Shown piece by piece: positions 1 to 8,588 of a stretch of 64,000 bases of DNA. A program made the translations under genes and the position numbers. The notes below the pieces were generated by a model that was not told the origin of the DNA, made no database searches, and saw only the letters and a list, made by a program, of their open reading frames with translations. How positions within the stretch are numbered: position 1 is the first letter of the stretch; each line of letters opens with the position of its first letter. This DNA is from a virus. Location: positions 105,714-169,713 of IMG/VR virus record IMGVR_UViG_3300019776_000919; one strand, given 5' to 3'.

Positions 1-109
1 CTTGGAAAATCGGATGATTGGAAACAACGCCGCCCAGGTAAGTGAGCCCGTTTTTGTCAGTTTCCAGTCTCCAATAACGCAGAATCACAGGGTTTTTCAA
101 ACGTTTCAT
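1..109 (-). CDS. hypothetical protein, runs off the window start (MKRLKNPVILRYWRLE...)
   Basis: ATG at 109 preceded by GAAAGGT SD-like sequence; frame open to the window edge. Confidence 0.6.
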   Translation of the reverse strand, partial: MKRLKNPVILRYWRLETDKNGLTYLGGVVSNHPIFQ

Positions 110-261
110 GGATACCTTTCAAGTAGGTCAGGAGTTGACCAAAAGTTGATTAAAGATTGTCCAAAAACTTCTTGAACTCCAGGGAAAATTGTCCAGTAAA
201 ACGATCAGAGACAGGGGCAGGGAGTTTTTTCTCCTGAGCCCGAAATTCTTCCTGCTGAACC

Positions 262-1212
262 TTATTCCAACCAAAGGGATTGGGGATCTCCGATGTGTGG
301 TGGAATTGGCTGATCTGGTTCGGGGTCGTTTCCACCGTCTGTTGAAGTGATCTCATTTATAGGTATGAACAGGAAAGGGTTGAAATCCAAAACACCTTCT
401 TTAGGATACCCTTTTGCATTGGATATCAAAGTCAAATGTTCTATTTGTGATGTTTGGCAGAAATGAGAGTGGCCGTAGATCCACAAGTCTGCGTATGGGA
501 ATAGAACATCTGCGTTGGCGTAGAAGATGTTATCTTTAATACTTCGAAGAATATATGGGTGGAGCAAACTGGCCGAAGGGACGTAATGAGTAACCACTAC
601 GGTTGAGTTACTGGGGCTATGGATATTTGCCTGTCGAATAGAAGACTGAAGGGCTCCAATTTCTCGTTTACAAAACGAGTTCATATCCTCAGGGGTAAAT
701 GGGATGTTCCCATTCTTAGATTCGTTTTCCGACAAGAAAATCCTACAGAAATCCGGGGCACCCTTTAACTGAAAGGATTCCAAAGGGTGTTCAGCTCCAA
801 CCGCCCAGAGAGTTGACCCAAACAAGTTCACAGTTCGATTTTTGGATTTGAACTGTAATTGAACAGGGTTCTCCAACGTTGCTACAAAAACTTTACCTGG
901 GTAAATTTGCTCCAGGGATTTGAATTTTTGAGAAGCGGTGTTGAAGTAACTACCCCAATAATCGTGATTCCCAGGCACAAGAATGATCAAAGGAAATCTT
1001 TGAGCAAGAACAGAAATGACCTGGTCTATGATATACGCGTTGCAAATATCCCCCGCCAAAATCAAAGCTGAATGTTGGTCTTGGTCATGTGAAGGAATAA
1101 TGGCGTTGAGCGTTTTTTCAAACTTATCAATTGGATAAGAACTTTGCAGATAAGATTCTAAATGCAAGTCCGACATTGGTCGAAGGTAATCAATGTTTTC
1201 GATTTTAAACAT
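262..1212 (-). CDS. calcineurin-like metallophosphoesterase
   Basis: Motifs SDLH, AGDI, PGNHD, VTH, YGHSH in the expected order. Confidence 0.9.
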   Translation of the reverse strand: MFKIENIDYLRPMSDLHLESYLQSSYPIDKFEKTLNAIIPSHDQDQHSALILAGDICNAYIIDQVISVLAQRFPLIILVPGNHDYWGSYFNTASQKFKSLEQIYPGKVFVATLENPVQLQFKSKNRTVNLFGSTLWAVGAEHPLESFQLKGAPDFCRIFLSENESKNGNIPFTPEDMNSFCKREIGALQSSIRQANIHSPSNSTVVVTHYVPSASLLHPYILRSIKDNIFYANADVLFPYADLWIYGHSHFCQTSQIEHLTLISNAKGYPKEGVLDFNPFLFIPINEITSTDGGNDPEPDQPIPPHIGDPQSLWLE

Positions 1213-1310
1213 AACTGTAATTCTCGTTTTAATTCTAATGTTATTGTTTAAAGAATAAAGTTAGTCTTGACTTTTAGGCAAGGGGATTAACCCCTCGCCA
1301 ATTTCAAGAA

Positions 1311-1766
1311 TTAACCTTGATTCTTCTTACCCTTAAGGGTAATTTTCTTGCGTCCGGATTTTCCGGTCTTGCCACGAGCCTCCTCGTCATCAAGCACGGG
1401 TTGAGTCGAGTCAACCGTCAGCTTCAAGGGGGCGTCGGACTTCGCCGTGGTTTCTTCAGCAGTATTGGCGGACTTCTCAGACTTACCCGCTTTTTCAGCT
1501 TTCAGTGACTTTTCCAGCTTGTTCTTGGAATTGTCGATGAATGATATTATCGGCAACAGAACGTTGTCGAAGTTGTGGTCCTCGGGACGGACTCCCAAGC
1601 GATGCTTGAGTTGGTCTACTCCAAGGTCCTTGACTGATAGGAGCTTCGCAATCTGAGCTTTGCGAGTCTCCGGCGTACCCCGGTTAACGCCATTGAACCG
1701 ATCCAGGAAGTTCTTCACATTCCGGGCTGATGCTGAGGCGTAACGTGCTTGGGATTGTACGGTCAT
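1311..1766 (-). CDS. basic, Lys-rich hypothetical protein
   Basis: ORF 1311..1799; start moved to ATG 1766 (MTVQSQ), preceded by GAGGA; hairpin downstream at ~1277-1300. Confidence 0.7.
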   Translation of the reverse strand: MTVQSQARYASASARNVKNFLDRFNGVNRGTPETRKAQIAKLLSVKDLGVDQLKHRLGVRPEDHNFDNVLLPIISFIDNSKNKLEKSLKAEKAGKSEKSANTAEETTAKSDAPLKLTVDSTQPVLDDEEARGKTGKSGRKKITLKGKKNQG

Positions 1767-2134
1767 GGATTCCTCTTCATTGTATAAGTAATACTTCAAA
1801 GAAACATACTGCTAGTTCTAGTTATTGTTTTATTGACGAGTCAGTTTGAGCTACCTAAAACAGTTACGACCCACAACGGGGCCGAAGCGGAAGAAAAGTT
1901 TCTCAAACGTAATTGGGTGTGTTAAAAGCGATTTCGCTCTTGATGTGCTACGACTGACATGAAATCCCCTCTCTTACTTCAAAGTCAGGCCCTCTAAGTA
2001 GCCAATGCTTACTGGATTTATACAACAATACAGCAGTCCAGTAAGTCTCCTCTTTTCAAGGCAAAATAAGGCCACGGGAGATTTTCCTCTATGACCTAAA
2101 GCAATGTTTTTGGCATTACTTCTTTCGCACTATT

Positions 2135-2164
2135 CTTATACCAAATTACAATTGCGTTATTGAA
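2135..2164 (-). promoter_or_regulatory. conserved promoter-like motif TTCAA-N16-TGGTATAAG
   Basis: One of 9 exact intergenic TGGTATAAG copies seen, all on the - strand. Confidence 0.75.
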
Positions 2165-3971
2165 TTTGTTCAGATTCGTTAATTTCTGACAATATGCTAT
2201 TAGCTACGTCAATTAACATTTCTTTTCTGATATTCATCTTTTCAGATAAGGCTTTCCGAATCTTATCTTCTAAAGGGTTATTTGCAAAGATTCTGTAATA
2301 AGCACAGTCATGAGTTTGACCTAATCTATGGACTCGATCTTCTTGCTGCGATTGAATCTCTAAGCTAAAGTTCAAGCTATAGAAAATTTCAGTGTGCACT
2401 GATGGGTCTAAGTCCGGTGGGTAGTATAAACCCTCGTCTTCTAAGTCCTTAGTTTTAGACCCTAGCACTGTAACGCCATAGTTTACAGATTTAGCTTGGC
2501 ATACTAAGTAGGGTATGTTTGGGGATTTATTAAACTTACGTACCTTCTCTCCAATTTCATTATCCCCGCCTTGAATGGATAAGAAAGAAATATCGAGGTC
2601 GGAAAGAAGTTTAGAGATCAACTCAAATTCAGCTGAAAGATTAAACCAAATAATAGCACGTTTGGTTGGAATGGTTTCCGTTATGAGTTTTCTAAGGGCT
2701 CCTATCTTAGGTTGATCCTCAAAGAACAAGGTTTCTCTAGGATTTTTATTCTTTGACGTGGATTTTTTACCCTTAGAGGCAGAAGGCTTACTGTCGGAAT
2801 TATCCGAGGCTATGTCATATAAATGTAGTAAGTCATCATCTTCTTTTTCCGAGTAATAGAGAAACCCTTGAGAAATTTGATATAGCTTACTTAACATGAC
2901 AAGCGGATTGTCTACGTTGAAATCCCTACCTTGAAAGGAAAGATAATAATTCCTAGCCAGTTGATAGTAAGCGTCCTTCTGAGAGGGGCTCATCTGAACA
3001 AACACGTCGTGAAATGTTTTATTAGGAAGTTTTAACCACTTTTCTTTAGTCATGACTATGCAACAACTCTCTAAAATAGTACGCATTTCTACGACATTTC
3101 TTGCTGCAACAGGTCTCTTAACTACTTTACCGTCAGATTGTTTAGTGTCAACCATGACTGAGTATTTAATCATGAAATTGGTATAGTTAGAACCAACTAG
3201 TGAGGGCTGTAAATATCTAACTGGAGAGTAAAGATCTAAAGGGGAATTATTGATTAAAGTACCTGAGCCTCCGCAACGATAAGGTATCCCTTTAGATATT
3301 TCTATAACTGATTGAGTTCTACTGGTAGTAGGATCTTTAATCAGGAATTCATCTAAGTGAATGAAATCAATTTTCGTTTCTTTGATTCTATGCTTAAGGA
3401 TTACTACCTTAGAGTAATTAATGATAATTACAGAGTTAGGGGGCAGAGCTTTAATAGCTTTTAATTCTTCGTCCCAGTCAGTGCTTTTGACCGTATGAAA
3501 ATTAAGTTCTGGTCTATGTTTAGCAATCTCATCTTCCCATACAAACAGTAGAGGTTTTGGACAAACCACCATGCTTAAAGGGAAATCCATCAATTTAATG
3601 TAATCAAGAATAACCTTAGATTTACCCATGCCTGGGTCAAGTAAAATGCCACCGCCACCGACAGTATATGCAAATCTAAGTGCTATTTCTTGAAAATCTT
3701 TAGGGGTAGTATGAAAGGAAAAAGATGGAGGTAAAGGTTTAAGTTTAAAAGGAGAGTTTAACCATTCTTGAACATCTAATGAAATGGATAATTTTTTAGC
3801 GTGACTGGCAAGCCTATTTACCAAGTTAAAAGATATTGGTAGGATTGCTGGACAACCATCTTGCATCCCTACTTTCATAAGGCCAGGAAAAGTCCTTAAT
3901 GCTATTCTATCTTGATCTGTTTGAGGGGTAAAAATTACGTAAGACTTAGAACTATTAAAAGAAACTAGCAT
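2157..3971 (-). CDS. SNF2-family helicase
   Basis: DPGMGKS Walker A, HLDE Walker B, GSGT motif III, QQEDRVHRLGQ motif VI. Confidence 0.9.
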   Translation of the reverse strand: MLVSFNSSKSYVIFTPQTDQDRIALRTFPGLMKVGMQDGCPAILPISFNLVNRLASHAKKLSISLDVQEWLNSPFKLKPLPPSFSFHTTPKDFQEIALRFAYTVGGGGILLDPGMGKSKVILDYIKLMDFPLSMVVCPKPLLFVWEDEIAKHRPELNFHTVKSTDWDEELKAIKALPPNSVIIINYSKVVILKHRIKETKIDFIHLDEFLIKDPTTSRTQSVIEISKGIPYRCGGSGTLINNSPLDLYSPVRYLQPSLVGSNYTNFMIKYSVMVDTKQSDGKVVKRPVAARNVVEMRTILESCCIVMTKEKWLKLPNKTFHDVFVQMSPSQKDAYYQLARNYYLSFQGRDFNVDNPLVMLSKLYQISQGFLYYSEKEDDDLLHLYDIASDNSDSKPSASKGKKSTSKNKNPRETLFFEDQPKIGALRKLITETIPTKRAIIWFNLSAEFELISKLLSDLDISFLSIQGGDNEIGEKVRKFNKSPNIPYLVCQAKSVNYGVTVLGSKTKDLEDEGLYYPPDLDPSVHTEIFYSLNFSLEIQSQQEDRVHRLGQTHDCAYYRIFANNPLEDKIRKALSEKMNIRKEMLIDVANSILSEINESEQIQ

Positions 3972-3980
3972 TAATGCAAA

Positions 3981-4277
3981 TTATGTAGGGTTACTGAACA
4001 AACTTTGCTTTTTAGATTTTTGTTCTAATAAGAAAGCGTCTAAGTCAAAACCTATTTGTGAACATACCATTCGTACCGGTTCAGATTTCAACTCCATTCT
4101 TTTAAAGGATTCTAGCATTCTTCTAACAGAGTCGATGTTTTGAGAATCTACTTTCCAAACCGTATGAATGAAATGAGAGTTTCTACTGAAAAAACCAGGG
4201 TCCTCAGTGTCGATAAACTCCGCAGACCTAACGTTTAATTGAAAGTCATTATCTAGGTAAATATAGTAGTTAATCAA
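3981..4277 (-). CDS. hypothetical protein
   Basis: 98 aa ORF tightly packed in the - strand operon. Confidence 0.7.
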   Translation of the reverse strand: MINYYIYLDNDFQLNVRSAEFIDTEDPGFFSRNSHFIHTVWKVDSQNIDSVRRMLESFKRMELKSEPVRMVCSQIGFDLDAFLLEQKSKKQSLFSNPT

Positions 4278-4281
4278 GATA

Positions 4282-4767
4282 TCATCCTATATTGTTTACA
4301 ATCCCTACGCCGTGGTCAACTATCATCGTTGATGACATTGATGATGGTACTACTGATTTAAGTTTTTGAGCTTGGCGAATTGAATTACAAGGAATGTATA
4401 TAACGTCTTGTTGGAAAACAGAAGGATCTATATTAGGTAAACGTTCAATAATTCGTTTGAGCTGAGATAAATCATAATTGTAGATTACAAATACGACCCC
4501 TTTACCGTATTCTGCTACTGCTACTTGCAGAATAAGAGATTCTAATGTACGACCACAAACCCCATTTCTTTTAGATTTAAGAACTTCTAATAAGGCATCT
4601 TTTTTACCTAATTCCGCCCAATAATCAGCGAGGCTGGAAGTTCGAATGTTATAAGTAACACTGAAGTAACAAGGTTCTTTTTCAGAGTAGGGTTTGAATA
4701 AATTAAAAAGCCATTGCACAGGGGAGAAGATTAATACATCTCCAGATTTCTTCATATGTAATTTCAT
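4282..4767 (-). CDS. hypothetical protein
   Basis: 161 aa ORF in operon. Confidence 0.7.
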   Translation of the reverse strand: MKLHMKKSGDVLIFSPVQWLFNLFKPYSEKEPCYFSVTYNIRTSSLADYWAELGKKDALLEVLKSKRNGVCGRTLESLILQVAVAEYGKGVVFVIYNYDLSQLKRIIERLPNIDPSVFQQDVIYIPCNSIRQAQKLKSVVPSSMSSTMIVDHGVGIVNNIG

Positions 4768-4794
4768 GGCTATATTACAAATCTAAGTTAAAAA

Positions 4795-5139
4795 TTAAAG
4801 TTCAATTATCCGTTTAGATGTACGATAAACATCCCGTAATACCGATAATACTCTAGGTGCAGTATCAATGTTTATGTTTGGAACCAACTCTAGTAATTCA
4901 TTAGTAGCTCTAATCATTCTTTTACCTAGAACCTTTCTACCGTCGTCTAAGTCTTTATCTTTCGATTCTTGTATTGCAAGATCTGCTTGAGCAACCATTT
5001 TCTCTATTTGAGAAACAAAGTTGTTCTGGATAAAGTGGGTATGAACGTAGATCAATTCCCCTGTAGGTACGTAATCAGAAGTACCTTCTAAATATCCATG
5101 GATCAAAGGGTTTGATAGAGTAAAGTCAGTAATAGCCAT
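4795..5139 (-). CDS. hypothetical protein
   Basis: 114 aa ORF; AGTATAAT just upstream. Confidence 0.7.
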   Translation of the reverse strand: MAITDFTLSNPLIHGYLEGTSDYVPTGELIYVHTHFIQNNFVSQIEKMVAQADLAIQESKDKDLDDGRKVLGKRMIRATNELLELVPNINIDTAPRVLSVLRDVYRTSKRIIEL

Positions 5140-5197
5140 TGAGGTATTATACTACTATTTACCAAAATAGCTATTACTAATTTAAATCATTGAAGAT

Positions 5198-5473
5198 TTA
5201 GTTTTTTCTATAAGTATGGCTTTGAATCGATTCTTGCTGAGTACAGTTTTTACCGCATGATTGAGTAGACAACGTTTCTGATGTGCCAGTATTGCACTTA
5301 GTATAGTAGTGAAAGTGTCCACTATCTGTGAACCGATAAACAGTGCAGCCTTCATGAGTAAACAAAGTATCTACAAGTACTTCTGGGTTATTGGTTCCGG
5401 TTCTATTAACAGGGGTTTTCTCGCAGCCGGTGAGGAGCAAAGCGACGGCAATTAATGATAAAAGAACATTCAT
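5198..5473 (-). CDS. lipoprotein, DUF4884-like
   Basis: Signal peptide with lipobox LLTGC; LFTHEGCTVYRFTD motif. Confidence 0.7.
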   Translation of the reverse strand: MNVLLSLIAVALLLTGCEKTPVNRTGTNNPEVLVDTLFTHEGCTVYRFTDSGHFHYYTKCNTGTSETLSTQSCGKNCTQQESIQSHTYRKN

Positions 5474-5538
5474 AATATAAAGTTGAGGTCTAATTAACTA
5501 AAGAAGACGGTTAAGTCTTCTGGGGGGGATTGGGTTTA

Positions 5539-5859
5539 TTACCAACCAGCGGGCAATGGGTAACCCGCTTTTTTTGCTGCGTTGCGGGCCTTTTGAAGAG
5601 CCGCATCTTTCAAGGGGGAACCTTGAGGATAGTTGCGAGTCATCATCAACTCCCAAATCGCCGTCATCAGTTCGTCAGAAGCAGAGAACAGCTTGGCAGT
5701 TGCGTGCAACTGGTCAAGGTTTTCAAACACTCGGCTGGGAGTTTCCACCTTGCACTTGAACTTGGGGCAGGGGCGGTCAAAACCGTCCTTACCCATTGCG
5801 TAAACAGTGACCCCAGAAACCTCGAAAGGTTCCTGAACATGTTTCTTTTTAAGATTCAT
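5539..5859 (-). CDS. hypothetical protein
   Basis: 106 aa ORF in the - strand run. Confidence 0.65.
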   Translation of the reverse strand: MNLKKKHVQEPFEVSGVTVYAMGKDGFDRPCPKFKCKVETPSRVFENLDQLHATAKLFSASDELMTAIWELMMTRNYPQGSPLKDAALQKARNAAKKAGYPLPAGW

Positions 5860-5881
5860 GAGTAGACTTCCGGGTTAAGGA

Positions 5882-6235
5882 TTAGGGCTTACTGTAAGTG
5901 TCGTGTTGCAAACCCTTGTATGCGCCGATGGCCATGATGCAGCCAGCGATGACTGCAAAGCCTGCAGTCACGTAGCTTTGTATCTCTGCAGCACGTTCAC
6001 GTTTGCGGGTCTGATCCATCAAGGTCAGGGTGCGGTCAAAGATGAGGTCTTCACCTTTTTCAGGAACGGAGAGGTCAATCTCCAAGAGACCAGCTTTGAT
6101 GTTGACGCGCTCACGCCGTACGGGTGCTCGGCGGTCAGGTTGAACTTGACCACTGGCATCAGTGAAAGTCTTGGGTTTCATGTCTTTCCTCACGTTGTAT
6201 GTTACGGGAGAAGGGGGTTTCGCAAAAGGAATCAT
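5882..6235 (-). CDS. hypothetical protein with C-terminal membrane segment
   Basis: SD AAGGTG; hydrophobic stretch YVTAGFAVIAGCIMAIGAY. Confidence 0.7.
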   Translation of the reverse strand: MIPFAKPPSPVTYNVRKDMKPKTFTDASGQVQPDRRAPVRRERVNIKAGLLEIDLSVPEKGEDLIFDRTLTLMDQTRKRERAAEIQSYVTAGFAVIAGCIMAIGAYKGLQHDTYSKP

Positions 6236-6245
6236 GAATCACCTT

Positions 6246-6281
6246 AAAAAAAACCTGAGCAACCGGGTAGGCGCTCAGGTT
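6246..6281 (-). terminator. intrinsic terminator
   Basis: AACCTGAGC...GCTCAGGTT stem followed by a T8 tract on the - strand. Confidence 0.7.
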
Positions 6282-6299
6282 CTTTCAGGCCGGGGAGGT

Positions 6300-6629
6300 T
6301 CAGGCGGTCAGCGGGTCACCGGCGACTTCAGCAGCCGCTTGGTTCATGGCTTCGGTCAGCTTGCGCTGGCCAACCTTGTTGCCCGCGTAGTAACCCAGCC
6401 CGCCAGCAATGGCAGCAATGCCGACGCCCGTGGCTGCGGCAAAGTAGCCCTTCTGCCACCAGCGCTTTTCAAGGGAGGCGGCCGGGACCACGCTCTGATG
6501 GCCTTGGCTGTCCACCATCAGGATCTCGCCGGGGCCGGGCAGGCTGGCGGTGTTGGCACGGGTCTCGTTGGCCTCAGCGGTGTTGGTGGTGGCTTCGGCG
6601 TTGGCGGTGTTGGCGTTCTTGTTCGACAT
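6300..6629 (-). CDS. small membrane protein with N/T/A-rich N-terminus
   Basis: SD AGGAG; GC-rich codons; one Gly/Ala-rich hydrophobic segment. Confidence 0.75.
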   Translation of the reverse strand: MSNKNANTANAEATTNTAEANETRANTASLPGPGEILMVDSQGHQSVVPAASLEKRWWQKGYFAAATGVGIAAIAGGLGYYAGNKVGQRKLTEAMNQAAAEVAGDPLTA

Positions 6630-6703
6630 GAGATTTCTCCTAGAAGAGGTTGGGGTTGGCCCGAGTTACGGGCCGAGGTGCTGGATGGGTTGAAAAGCCT
6701 GGA

Positions 6704-6967
6704 TTACAGGCTGGCGGCGTTGTTGTTGACCGTGTCCTGGCCGAGGTAGTCTTGGCCGAAAGCCTTGTGGGCCGCAGCACGACCGGCAGCGGCACCGAAA
6801 CATGCCAAGAACACAATGCCGACATAGCCGAGTGCGGCCATGGCAAAGACCTTGGTGGCGCTGGGCTCCTTGGCGCCTTCCTGCTTGATGAAGATGATGC
6901 GTTCGGTGCGGGTGTTGCCAACGTCAGTTTCGTTGTTGGCAGTGTTGGTGTTGGTTTCGTTCGACAT
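6704..6967 (-). CDS. small membrane protein with N/T/A-rich N-terminus (probable paralog of 6300..6629)
   Basis: SD GGAG; MSN..N..NTAN start; one hydrophobic segment. Confidence 0.75.
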   Translation of the reverse strand: MSNETNTNTANNETDVGNTRTERIIFIKQEGAKEPSATKVFAMAALGYVGIVFLACFGAAAGRAAAHKAFGQDYLGQDTVNNNAASL

Positions 6968-7026
6968 GAGGTTCTCCGAGAAGTGGTGGGTTTGTTGCGA
7001 GGAAAGCTATTTTTCTCCGCACTATA

Positions 7027-7056
7027 CTTATACCATCTTGTAATTTGAATATTGAA
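7027..7056 (-). promoter_or_regulatory. conserved promoter-like motif TTCAA-N16-TGGTATAAG
   Basis: Exact motif copy upstream of 6967. Confidence 0.75.
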
Positions 7057-7148
7057 AAATTTGAGCTGTTTTTACATAAAAAGATCGAAAAAAGACTGAA
7101 AATAACTAAAAATACCCGTTTTACGAGTATTTAGGACCGTTGAACGGG

Positions 7149-7628
7149 TTAGTTCAACAGTTTTTGTTCTTGCGGCTCATCTTCGCTAGCGAGGGCTATA
7201 CCCACGATAGTTGAGAAGAGTAACAAGGTTGCCATCCCGATGGTAGGTAGGATGCCATCCAAAAAGCTAGATGATTGCTTTTCGGTTTTTTCAGGAGTAC
7301 CGATAAGAACAAACTTATCAGCTAACAATTCCTTGCGGCTGAAAGAAAGCACGGGTGCGGAAGAAGATTTCAGCAAGGATTGAAACCGTTCTTCAGAATC
7401 GTACTTTCGATCAGAGATACCGATCTGCACGGGACAGTCGTTATCAGTGACGTGGATGTTGCGGGTATTGTCCGGATTAACCGAAGCAATTACTGCTGCC
7501 AAATCATGAGTAAAGATACTCGCAGACTTGGTGTCAGGGAATCGAACAATCAGATCCCCTGTTTGCGTGTCATCAGGGACAATAAATACTATCCCCATGT
7601 CTATGTCATCAGAAAACTCCTCTTTCAT
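7149..7628 (-). CDS. hypothetical protein with C-terminal membrane anchor
   Basis: SD AAGGGG; hydrophobic ILPTIGMATLLLFSTIVGIALA. Confidence 0.7.
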   Translation of the reverse strand: MKEEFSDDIDMGIVFIVPDDTQTGDLIVRFPDTKSASIFTHDLAAVIASVNPDNTRNIHVTDNDCPVQIGISDRKYDSEERFQSLLKSSSAPVLSFSRKELLADKFVLIGTPEKTEKQSSSFLDGILPTIGMATLLLFSTIVGIALASEDEPQEQKLLN

Positions 7629-7673
7629 AGTACCCCTTGCTAAGAATGAAACGTACGATCTCCCTACTTAGTT

Positions 7674-7704
7674 CTTATACCACTTTCCGTATCGAAAATT
7701 GGAA
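7674..7704 (-). promoter_or_regulatory. conserved promoter-like motif TTCCAA-N16-TGGTATAAG
   Basis: Motif copy upstream of 7628. Confidence 0.7.
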
Positions 7705-7881
7705 TATCGATTTAAACGACTTTAAAGCGATTTTTTTAACGTAAGGTAGGCATGGGTATAGGGTTGCTATTGAAAATTCAACCAAGGGTCGATTAAGGGC
7801 CCTGCTGAAGGTTTCTAGGATAAATTCCTATGTGAGTTATTTCAGATCGAATTAAAGCGAGGTTCCAATCGTTGAAAAAGG

Positions 7882-8458
7882 TCAAAAGCCAGTTTTTTTC
7901 TAGGCTGTTGTAATTTGTCCGGAATTTGTGGCAGAAATTGTTCCAGTAAAATCAGGGAAGAGCCACTTTTTATTTTTTCATTTTTCAAAAAGTGGCTTCA
8001 GGAGTTCCAGTCTTTATTGGTAAAATAGGGTCAAAAGCCAGTTTTCCACTTTTTTTGGAAAAAATATACATACTCTATGAGAGAGAAAAAAATTTCTGGA
8101 AAAATGGAATTCAATATTGTAATATTAAAGTGCCAGTAAAACATACACTTATATATATATATATATATTACTTCTCCTGAGATCTATATTATATATATAT
8201 ATAAGGGACATATTTGTGGCTTTAATGTGTTGATATTTTTTTCCAGAAATTTTCTCTCACACAGAGTATGTATATTTTTTCCAAAAAAAAGTGGAAAACT
8301 GGCTTTTGACCCTCTTTCCCCTGTGGATACTAGAACTCTTGAAGCCACTTTTTGAAAAAACGAAAAATAAAAACTGGCTCTTCCCTGATTTTACTGGGAC
8401 AATTTCTGCCAAAATTTTCGGACAAAACTGGCAAGCAAAAATAAAAACTGGCTTTTGA
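7882..8458. repeat. ~580 bp imperfect inverted repeat with (TA)n core and repeated AGCCA(G/C)TTTT boxes; candidate origin
   Basis: Arms pair, e.g. GGGTCAAAAGCCAGTTTTCCACTTTTTTTGGAAAAAATATACATACTCT with AGAGTATGTATATTTTTTCCAAAAAAAAGTGGAAAACTGGCTTTTGACCC; centre ~8176. Confidence 0.9.
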
Positions 8459-8540
8459 TGTTATTGCACCAATTTAGTGCCGATACGAATTAAGAGGTTT
8501 GGTTAAATTTCACATATACAAGAGTCGAATATAAGTCAAC

Positions 8541-8569
8541 TTGTCTTTCAGTTAAAATTCCTATACAAT
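8541..8569 (+). promoter_or_regulatory. sigma70-like promoter upstream of the portal/RNAP genes
   Basis: TTGTCT-N17-TACAAT. Confidence 0.45.
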
Positions 8570-8588
8570 CTAAGTTCCTAACTCAAAC

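Noticed and set aside
150-356. 68-aa - strand ORF
   Set aside because: Overlaps the phosphoesterase gene by ~95 nt and has no motif; cannot be supported, though a short real gene is possible
5530-7048. + strand ORFs such as 6162..6749 and 6650..7048
   Set aside because: Antisense shadows in a GC-rich patch; the - strand genes have the SD sites, promoter and terminator
7992-8180. 62-aa ORF inside the palindrome
   Set aside because: Low-complexity translation of repeat and (TA)n DNA
7882-8458. CRISPR array or MITE
   Set aside because: Repeats are inverted and unevenly spaced, with no unique spacers, target-site duplication or transposase
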